Assembly: GCA_002269645.1 (NCBI GenBank)
Contig: NIVC01002466.1
Coordinates: 62,001-126,000, forward strand
Direction: 5' to 3'
DNA from: Macrostomum lignano
Lineage: Eukaryota
DNA length: 64,000 nt
Shown: positions 12,485 to 22,800 of the stretch, in pieces
How the letters are laid out: every line of letters starts with the position of its first letter
Numbering within the stretch: position 1 is the first letter of the stretch
Translations under genes and position numbers: made by a program
The notes under the pieces: model-generated
Told to the model about the DNA's origin: nothing
The model's database searches: none
Seen by the model: only the letters and a program-made list of their open reading frames with translations

Positions 12485-14418
12485 CTTCACAGACAGGCAA
12501 TCACAGTCTCACAGACAGGCAATCACAGCCTCACAGACAGGCAATCACAGCCTCACAGACAGGCAATGTCACCCTCACAGACAGGCAATCACAGCCTCTA
12601 AGATAGGCAATGTCACCCTCACAGACAGGCAATCACAGCCTCACAGACAGGCAATCACAGCCTCACAGACAGGCAATCACAGCCTCACAGACAGGCAATG
12701 TCACCCTCACAGACAGGCAATCACAGCCTCTAAGATAGGCAATGTCACCCTCACAGACAGGCAATCACAGCCTCACAGACAGGCAATCACAGCCTCACAG
12801 ACAGGCAATCATAGACTCACAGACAGGCAATGTCACCCTCACAGACAGGCAATCATAGACTCACAGACAGGCAATGTCACCCTCACAGACAGGCAATCAC
12901 AGCCTCACAGACAGGCAATCACAGCCTCTAAGATAGGCAATGTCACCCTCACAGACAGGCAATCACAGCCTCACAGACAGGCAATCACAGCCTCACAGAC
13001 AGGCAATCATAGACTCACAGACAGGCAATGTCACCCTCACAGACAGGCAATCATAGACTCACAGACAGGCAATGTCACCCTCACAGACAGGCAATCACAG
13101 CCTCACAGACAGGCAATCACAGCCTCTAAGATAGGCAATGTCACCCTCACAGACAGGCAATCACAGCCTCACAGACAGGCAATCACAGCCTCACAGACAG
13201 GCAATCACAGCCTCACAGACAGGCAATCACAGACTCACAGACAGGCAATCACAGCCTCACAGACAGGCAATCGCAGCCTCACAGATAGGCAATTACAGCC
13301 TCACAGACAGGCAATTACAGCCTCACAGACAGGCAATCGCAGCCTCACAGATAGGCAATCACAGCCTCACAGACAGGCAATCACAGCCTCACAGACAGGG
13401 CAATGTCACCCTCACAGACAGGCAATCACAGCCTCACAGACAGGCAATCACAGCCTCACAGACAGGCAATCACAGACTCACAGACAGGCAATCACAGCCT
13501 CACAGACAGGCAATCGCAGCCTCACAGATAGGCAATCACAGCCTCACAGACAGGCAATCACAGCCTCACAGACAGGGCAATGTCACCCTCACAGACAGGC
13601 AATCACAGCCTCACAGACAGGCAATCACAGACTCACAGACAGGCAATCTCAGCCTCACAGACAGGCAATCTCAGCCTCACAGACAGGCAATCACAGACTC
13701 ACAGACAGGCAATGTCACCCTCACAGACAGGCAATCACAGCCTCACAGACAGGCAATCACAGCCTCACAGACAGGGCAATGTCACCCTCACAGACAGGCA
13801 ATCACAGCCTCACAGACAGGCAATCACAGCCTCTCAGATAGGCAATGTCACCCTCACAGACAGGCAATGTCAGCCTCACAGACAGGCAATCACAGCCTCT
13901 CAGATAGGCAATGTCACCCTCACAGACAGGCAATGTCAGCCTCACAGACAGGCAATCACAGCCTCTCAGATAGGCAATGTCACCCTCACAGACAGGCAAT
14001 GTCAGCCTCACAGACAGGCAATCACAGCCTCACAGACAGGCAATGTCAGCCTCACAGACAGGCAATCACAGCCTCTCAGATAGGCAATGTCACCCTCACA
14101 GACAGGCAATCACAGCCTCACAGACAGGCAATCACAGCCTCTCAGATAGGCAATGTCACCCTCACAGACAGGCAATCACAGCCTCACAGACAGGCAATCT
14201 CAGCCTCACAGACAGGCAATCACAGACTCACAGACAGGCAATCTCAGCCTCACAGACAGGCAATCTCAGCCTCACAGACAGGCAATCACAGACTCACAGA
14301 CAGGCAATCACAGCCTCACAGACAGGCAATCACAGCCTCACAGACAGGCAATCACAGCCTCACAGACAGGCAATCACAGCCTCACAGACAGGCAATCACA
14401 GCCTCACAGACAGGCAAT
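12485..14418. repeat. 22-bp minisatellite, ~1.9 kb, ending just upstream of the AK copy 2 splice acceptor
   Basis: CACAGACAGGCAATCACAGCCT units. The array stops ~30 nt before CCCGCAG/CCGCAG acceptors at 14446/14452. Confidence 0.97.
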
Positions 14419-14476
14419 CCAGCGCATTCCCACCCCATCCCGCAGCCGCAGTCTTAACTAATTTCGCTATCGCACA

Positions 14477-15943
14477 ATGGGCCAGTCCTGGGGCAAGCAG
14501 CAGCAGTCGGGCAACGTGAACGCCATGTTCCTCGGGCCGCCGGGCTCCGGCAAGGGCACCCAGTCGGAGCGATTCGTCCGCCACTTCGGTGTCTGCCATC
14601 TGGACGCCGGCACGATGCTCCGCGCCGTAGCCAAGGCGGAGTCGGAGCTCGGCAAGCGGGTGCGCGGTCTCATGAACGAAGGCCGCCTGGTTGACGACCA
14701 GACCATCTGCGAGATCATCGAGCAGAACCTGGACAAGCCCGAGTGCAAGAAGGGCTTCCTGCTGGACGGCTTCCCCCGCACCCAGGCCCAGGCCGAGCGG
14801 CTGGACGACATGCTGGGCCGCCGCCGGCAGCAGCTTAACGGCGTCGTTGAGTTCGCCATCGATGACCGCCTGCTGGAGGAGCGAATCGTCGGCCGCCTGA
14901 TGCACGTCCCCTCCGGCCGGGTCTACCATGAGAAGTTCCGGCCGCCCCAGGTGCCGGGTGAGCTCACGGGGAAGCAAATGGGGAATCTGATTGAGAATCT
15001 GATGGAGAATCTGATAGAGAATCGAATAGGGAATCGAATGGGGAATCTGATGGAGAATCTGATGGGGAATCTGATAGTGAATCGAATGGGGAATCTGATA
15101 AGGACTTGAATAGGGAATCTGATAGGGAATCGAATAGGGAATCGAATGGGGAATCTGATGGAGAATCTGATGGGAAATCTGATAGTGAATCGAATGGGGA
15201 ATCTCATAGGGAGTTGAATAGGGAATTTGATTCGGAAGAAAAACTGGGATAAAGCGGATGGAGAAGACAGACTGGGGAAAACAGATGGAAAAGAGAGACT
15301 GGGGAAAACAGATGGAGAAGAGAGACTGGGGAAAACAGATGGAGAAGACAGACTGGGGAAAACAGATGGAGAAGAGAGACTGGGGAAAACAGATGGAGAA
15401 GAGAGACTGGGGAAAACAGATGGAGAAGACAGACTGGGGAAAACAGATGGAGAAGAGAGACTGGGGAAAACAGATGGAGAAGAGAGACTGGGGGAAACAG
15501 ATGGAGAAGAGAGACTGGGGAAAACAGATGGAGAAGAGAGACTGGGGGAAACAGATGGAGAAGAGAGACTGGGATAAAGCGGATGGAGAAGAGAGACTGG
15601 GGGAAAACAGATGGAGAAGAGAGACTGGGGGAAAACAGATGGAGAAGAGAGACTGGGGGAAAACAGATGGAGAAAAGAGACTGGGGAAAACTTTCCGAGT
15701 TCCAAGCAGCGCCGGTGCCCCGATCCCTGCCGCGCAGGCAAAGACGACGTGACGGGGGAGCCGCTGACGCGGCGGTCGGACGACAACGCTGAGACGCTGC
15801 GCACCCGGCTGGCGCAGTACCACGAGAAGACGCGGCCCCTCACCGACTATTACGGCCGGCGCCACCTGATGCACCGGTTGGACGCGTCCCGGTCTCAGGA
15901 CCAGGTGTGGCAGGACCTGCTGCGCATCTTCAAGCAGGCCTAA
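14477..15943 (+). CDS. AK2: Adenylate kinase 2-like, copy 2. Model join(14477..14957,15738..15943), 228 aa
   Basis: [45 protein letters not shown]|[17 protein letters not shown] canonical phase-1 GTGAGC...GCGCAG intron restores the frame exactly. Confidence 0.93.
14978..15690. repeat. Two adjacent minisatellites (12-bp, then 27-bp) filling the AK copy 2 intron
   Basis: GGGAATCTGAT(G/A) units at ~14978-15235. GGGGAAAACAGATGGAGAAGAGAGACT units at ~15244-15690. Confidence 0.95.
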
Positions 15944-16101
15944 TTCAGTGTCATTTCATACCTGTTGATTCTATGAGTCGGCGTCAGTGCTGTTGCTGTA
16001 GTTTAGGTTCAAATTTTTACTGTCAACTTCTCTAGTTCAACCTATCTGTCTCCTCAGGCCGTAATGACTCGTAAAATTAACACTTCAAATTATTATAGCG
16101 A

Positions 16102-16390
16102 ATCTGATGCTACTAATTAGTAATATGCACACCTGGGGCCGGGTCTCCCATGGCAACTCTGATGCTACTAATTAGTAGTATGCACACCTGGGGCCGGATC
16201 TCCCATGGCAACTCTGATGCTACTAATTAGTAGTATGCACACCTGGGGCCGGATCTCCCATGGCAACTCTGATGCTACTAATTAGTAGTATGCACACCTG
16301 GGGCCGGATCTCCCATGGCAACTCTGATGCTACTAATTAGTAGTATGCACACCTGGGGCCGGATCTCCCATGGCAACTCTGATGCTACTA
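16102..16390. repeat. 55-bp minisatellite, ~5 copies
   Basis: Unit TCTGATGCTACTAATTAGTAGTATGCACACCTGGGGCCGGATCTCCCATGGCAAC. Confidence 0.95.
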
Positions 16391-17214
16391 TCAGTGCCCC
16401 TGGTGAATTATTGGCTCAATGCTTTGAAATAGAAGTTTCCATGCCAATATTAATAAGTTAATTAGTCGCCATTCCAATTATTATTTGAATCCGGAGAGCG
16501 CTATGTTTTAAATTTCTCTTCTCCCACTGTTTCGTTGATTTTTTTCACCCCTGTGTGTGGGGGTTTCTGACCTGATTCTTAATGCCGATACTGGTTTAGC
16601 AATAGTAATTATTATTATATTAATATTATTAGTTGAGAAATAGATCCGACTCGAACATCTCTGTGCAGCCATTCCGCCAGCCACCTTCTGCTGTCATTTG
16701 CATGGCAACCAGTGAATTATTGAATTCTGACAAATGGCTAACGCGAAGAGTCGGGCGCTTTGATTTTGACAGAGTGGTCTCAATTATTTTCACAGTCAGA
16801 CCTGCTGGCTGGAAACTGGCTCAGAAATTGTGCCGTGCGAGTTTTCTGAAATTCTTAAGAAAGTAAAAGTTTTATTTTTACTTTCCCAAGCCATAAGCCG
16901 GTTTAGAAGTGGTGCAAATGAAGCTAAGCATGCGATGTACTGAAACAGTATCCAACCGCCCCGCATGCTGCAAAAAAGTTTCATTTGAATCACACCAAGT
17001 TGCAATGGCGCAGTTGTCAGATTGCGCACCAATCGGCTAGCTTCGACTTCGGACTATTTGACCTACTTTTCGAATTGTTGAAAACTTGGGCCAAGGCGCA
17101 AGTTGTTTCTAGCCAAGGAGAACTTCATCAGTATCTGGAGTAAAAAATTAAATTGAAAAAAAAAATTTGTTTCGTTTATTAAAAATGTTTGTTTATGTAG
17201 CACATCTTCGAGAA

Positions 17215-17590
17215 GCACTTGGTTCAATGCTTTCAGTAGGTTTCACGACCCGCTGAGAATTTCTATGGTGAAACCTCACTTGGCTCAATGCTTTCAGTTG
17301 GCTTCACTGCCCGCTGAGTGTCTATGGTGAAACCTCACTTGGCTCAATGCTTTCAGTTGGCTTCACTGCCCGCTGAGTGTCTATGGTGAAACCTCACTTG
17401 GCTCAATGCTTTCAGTTGGCTTCACTGCCCGCTGAGTGTCTATGGTGAAACCTCACTTGGCTCAATGCTTTCAGTTGGCTTCACTGCCCGCTGAGTGTCT
17501 ATGGTGAAACCTCACTTGGCTCAATGCTTTCAGTTGGCTGCACTGCCCGCTAATGTCTATGGTAAAACCTCACTTGGCTTAATTCTTTCA
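17215..17590. repeat. 59-bp minisatellite, ~6 copies
   Basis: Unit GGTGAAACCTCACTTGGCTCAATGCTTTCAGTTGGCTTCACTGCCCGCTGAGTGTCTAT. Confidence 0.95.
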
Positions 17591-18039
17591 GTTTGATAAT
17601 GCCTATGAAGAAGCCGCAGTTACATGTACGCTCGCACCTTAAAAATGTTCTTAACAATTAGGCATGTACACTTGTACATTCATGGTTGTTTGTACATGTA
17701 CTCTTACAAGAAATTAATAGGCGGCCCACACGTGGATAGCAACTACATTCGTGACATTTTTACTGTATACATGTATCTGGCAGCTGGTCAATACAGCTCC
17801 AATTTAATGCACATCCAGCGATAGTTTATGGCCAGCCCCGCTGACCACGTAGGCAGGAATGGGTCTCTCAGGCGTCGTCGTGAATATTTCAAGGCTGTGC
17901 ATTTGCTCGAAGCTGACTTCCAGGGAAGCCCACCGGGGCAGCAGGCCCCCTTGATCTGGTGGGTTTCACAAACTCGAAATTTTACAGCGTCGAAACTCTA
18001 AAGCACCCTTCTTCATAACGTCGAAATTACACGCGACGT

Positions 18040-18320
18040 AGAAAAATCAAATAGCAGCCATTTCGACCATTGAAAAGGTCGAAATTTCACATTTAATTTA
18101 TGTTGTGAAAATTCGACCTTATGAGTACCTTGCTCGCTTTCGATGTGAAATTTCGACCTTGCGAGTCCCTTGCAAGCTTTTGGTGTGAAATTTCGACTTT
18201 ATGAATCCCTTTGCTAGCTTTCGGTGTAAAATTTCGACCTTATGAGTCTCCTTGCTAGCTTTCGATGTGAAACTTCGACCTTGGTAGCTTTCGGTGTGAA
18301 ATTGCGACCTTACGAAAGTA
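18040..18320. repeat. Degenerate ~38-bp tandem repeat
   Basis: Recurring GTGAAATTTCGACCTT core. Confidence 0.75.
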
Positions 18321-19882
18321 TACCCTATCTCCCCCCCCCCCTATCTCAATGCAAGAGGGGGGGCAGTAGTTGCCCCTTCTGAATCATTGTTCAAAGCTTT
18401 GATTTTTACTTCTTTTTGTCTTAAATTCAACAAAATGTGAACGACAAATATTTAAATTTGTGGCCCGCGAGCCGGAGTTCCCTGCTGCACATCCTGCAGG
18501 TCAAAGAGCGTCATAAAAAACTCAGACAACGCAGCAGCCTCTGCCTTCGGCAGATTTCCTCTGGCAAAAAGAAAAGGGCAAAGACCCAGCAGCGAGTCTT
18601 GGGAGACGGCTGCATAGACGGAGAAGGGAAGGTGTGGCATTGTTTGCACCTTGGCAGCTCAATTTATTATATAACAATTGTGGCAAACCGAATTGCGAAT
18701 TGTATAGGCTCGGAATTAGGGGAGCGATTTTATTAAAGCAAAACGAAAATAACAAATACAAAAGATATTCAGAAGCAACAGAAAATAATGAAGAGAAAAC
18801 GGAAAAATATGAGTTGTCAAAAATATGCGGTGATGATGTGAAATTGCAAAACTTGCCACTGGAGTTCGTTGAGTTTCTAGGAAAATGCGAGTCAGCCCTG
18901 TCTTAGCCTGCCTGCAAATCAGGACTCCAATAGTTACAGAGGCCGGGCCTCAATCGCTTACATGTGCCAGCTAGCTGGTGGGCAGGGGCGAGTATTCATT
19001 TTACGGATCAAGGTGGAAGACCTGCGCAAATCAAACAATATAAAAGCAATTAATAATCAATAATCGGAAGAGAAGTCAGGCAAAACCACAGATACTAAAA
19101 TAACTTGATGGGCCACTCAGGCGTACATACTTAGTAAAACAGCTTTCTACTTTCAGTTCAGTAGCAAAGAAGAATACATAAGCTATATTATTAAAATAAA
19201 GGCAGCTGAGATTACTTTGATAAGTTGCCCAAGCTTGCTAATTGGTTCAGCCATAATGTACATTGAAATGTACATGGCAGCTTTAGGCTGGAATTCCGAG
19301 GAAGGCAATAAAAACTAGGTGGCGGCCGGGTAGAGGTTCTATTTAGAGTTGGAGGGTTTAAGCCTTGTCTTTAAAAAATACATTAAAATGCTTCAGTTTA
19401 ACTTACTACTGAACTGAAAGTAGCTTACACGCAAATGTGCTGAGTGGCCCATTTAGTTATTCTGGTATCTGTGGGCAAAACCGAAGCAAAAACATCAAGA
19501 GAAGTGCGGGATGCTCTGCTATTACAGTATGATATTGCAAAAAGGCGGGGAGGAGCCTGGACATTCGCAGCGATGGCGCTGGTTGATAGGCATAGATATG
19601 TAAATCTCGTACAATTGGTTGAAAAAATAATGAAATATAAATCCAACAGCCTAAATATTAATAAATTTATGATAGAAATTTCTGTTTAAAAAATTGTAAA
19701 TCTCGCAGCACGCGGTTAGCAGAAAAAAAGCACAACTGAAAAAAAGCCCAGCTGTATGGGAAATGAATGCCACTGATATCAATAATAGATGTATAAATAT
19801 AGAGTGATGCAATGCAAATACGAGGCCGCGCAGCGAGAGCGCTACAGAAGCCAAGGAATATTAAAAGCAAAAGAAAACTTGT

Positions 19883-22800
19883 TCAGTGGTCGGTGCAGTA
19901 GCCGGACTCCGTGCTGTGCTGCGACCCCTGCCGCAGCGGCGTCTCCGTCACCATGGTGGCGCCGCTGCCATGACAGGCCGCTGTACAGCTGTGCGCTGAT
20001 TGGATGAGCGACAGCCAATGGGAGCGCTCGGCCGCGTTCTGCCCGAAAGACAGGCAGAGGCTGACAGCGGCCGTAGCCGCCGGAGGCTGCGGTTTCCAGC
20101 GCTGGCTGCTCGTCTGGTGACGCTTGCTGCAAGACAGGAAGATTATAGATTTCTTCCATTTTTCGATACATATCGGTGGAGGCAAATTATTTTTTGACTG
20201 AGTGGACTATTTTTACTTCGAACAGCTCGGGCAATATCTGTTCAATTGACTACGCTAGTTCGCTATGCAGTAAAGTTCTCTTTTTCTATTACATATCGAT
20301 ACATATCGGGACTCTTCCTTTAAATTCATCTCGGCTCCTTCCTTAAATACTTCAAGGAGACATGTGTATATTAACTGATTCGGTCTATAGAAAACAAGTA
20401 TTTTTCGATACATATCGGTACACCGCGACTCGGAACCTACCCGACAATGCCCCAATTGTTAGACTTTGACGCCAGCTGAACTCCGCGCAGATTCAGCTGG
20501 GCTACGCCGCTGGTGGAGGCGGACAGGCCGCAGAGCAGCAGCAGCTGTCGGCAGCGCAGATTCTCGTGCCCCACGGCAGCGGAGGCGGTCGCGGCGTCGC
20601 CCCGGCTGCTGGCGCCAGACGAGTGCGCCGACTCCTCCACCTTGGCAACAATCAGTAGGTCGGAGAAGAGCAGCAGCACGGCTGGCCCGCGTTTCGGCAT
20701 GACCTGCACCAGGCCTGGTGCGGTCTTTTCCAGCACGCGAGTCTGGCGCTGAAGAAGCCACCGCCACGGCTCCAGCAGGCCGGCAGGCAGACAGGCTTCG
20801 CTCAGCAGGAGCTTCTTGGCCAGACAGCGCCTGTCCTGCTCCCGCATGGCGCAGTCGATGGCGGTCAGCCGGGCCTGCACGATGTCGAAGGCCTGCCGAA
20901 CCCTGCCAGCCTCGGCGTCATTGTCCAGCGAGCTGAGGTAGCCGGCCAAGCGGCTCAGGATCAGCGGGTACCTGCGGCAGCGGGGGCGGGGATTTGGGAA
21001 GGCGGAGCTTAACTTGGGATTAAATATTGGGGGACAGAGATTCACAGATCAGATTAGCGGGATTAAATATTGGGGGACAGAGATTCACAGATCAGATTAG
21101 CGGGATTAAATATTGGGGGACAGAGTTTCACAGATCAGATTAGCGGGATTAAATATTGGGATCGGGGATCCCAGATTCACAGATCAGATTAGCGGGATTA
21201 AATATTGGGATCGGGGATCCCAGATTCACAGATCAGATAATTGGGATTAAATATTGGGATCGGGGATCCCAGATTCACAGATCAGATTAGCGGGATCAAA
21301 TATTGGGATTGAGGATCCCAGATTCACAGATCAGATTATTGGGATCGGGGATCCCTGATTCACAGATCAGATTAGCGGGATCAAATATTGGGATCGGGGA
21401 TCCCAGATTCACAGATCAGATTAGCGGGATTAAATATTGGGATCGGGGATCCCAGATTCACAGATCAGATAATTGGGATTAAATATTGGGATCGGGGATC
21501 CCAGATTCACAGATCAGATAAGTGGGATCAAATATTGGGATTGAGGATCCCAGATTCACAGATCAGATGTGGGATCAAATATTGGGATAGAGGATCCCAG
21601 ATTCACAGATCAGATAAGTGGGATCAAATATTGGGATTGAGGATCCCAGATTCACAGATCAGATAAGTGGGATCAAATATTGGGATTGAGGATCCCAGAT
21701 TCACAGATCAGATTAGTGGGATCAAATATTGGGATTAAGGATCCCAGATTCACATATCAGATAAGTGGGATCAAATATTGGGATTGAGCATCCCAGATTC
21801 ACAGATCAGATTAGTGGGATCAAATATTGGGATTGAGGATCCCAGATTCACAGATCAGATAAGTGGGATCAAATATTGGGATTGAGGATCCCAGATTCAC
21901 AGATCAGATAAGTGGGATTAAATATTGGGATTGGGGATCCCAGATTCACAGATCAGATAAGTGGGATTAAATATTGGGATTGGGGATCCCAGATTCACAG
22001 ATCAGATTAGTGGGATCAAATATTAGGGTTGAGGATCCCAGATTTACAGATCAGATAAGTGGGATCAAATATTCGGATTGAGGATCACAGACTCACAGAT
22101 CAGGCAATTGGGATCAAATATTAGAATAAGGAGTTCCCCGTGTGCTGTAAATCCCACTGCTGTTTGATACGAACTAGGTTGAACCCAAGCGTAAACAAAT
22201 GCTGGGAAGCAGTGTTAAAAATATCCTGTCGGATAATTAGAATCGCAGATACTAAAGGAAGATTCTCGAATTTAATTTCCCCAAAAAATGAAAGCCTTCA
22301 AAGGTACCAAAGGCTGAGGCTGGATCACGCGGCAGGCGCGTGCCGGCCTCCTTCACAGAGAAGTGCAGCCACAAGAACCGCGCCAATTAATTGAGCACAC
22401 ACCTGAGCAGCAGTAAACTTCAGGCACAATTTCCCTAGTGCACTACTTACATGCAGCTAGTGAGGGCACGCTACTGGTTTACTGCACGCTAATCAGTAAA
22501 GATATCGATAAGCATAATATGGATAGTATGGATTCAAGGACTGGGATCATTGGATTCGGGACTGGATCATTGGATTCGGGACTGGATCATTGGATTCGGG
22601 ACTGGATCATTGGATTCGGGACTGGATCATTGGATTCGGGACTGGATCATTGGATTCGGGACTGGATCATTGGATTCGGGACTGGATCATTGGATTCGGG
22701 ACTGGGATCATTGGATTCGGGACTGGATCATTGGATTCGGGACTGGGATCATTGGATTCGGGACTGGATCATTGGATTCGGGACTGGGATCATTGGATTC

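Noticed and set aside
6615-14457. Long ORFs (up to 439 aa) over the tandem arrays, including those at 22.5-24.3 kb
   Set aside because: They arise because the repeat units lack stops in some frames. They are open in several frames and strands at once, with no codon bias or domain content.
14396-15874. 492-aa minus-strand ORF and other antisense ORFs over GC-rich exons and retroelements
   Set aside because: Shadow ORFs of GC3-rich sense coding sequence plus stop-free repeats.
1506-17590. Regular 55-59-bp arrays as CRISPR
   Set aside because: Units are contiguous copies with no unique spacers, there are no cas genes, and the context is eukaryotic.
18437-19870. Short ORFs possibly forming another gene or a transposase remnant
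   Set aside because: No recognisable motif, no consistent exon chain and no codon bias.
20437-20440. RhoGEF stop at GIVG*
   Set aside because: The TAG lies within a GTAGGT donor. Splicing to 20126 completes the PH domain C-terminal helix.
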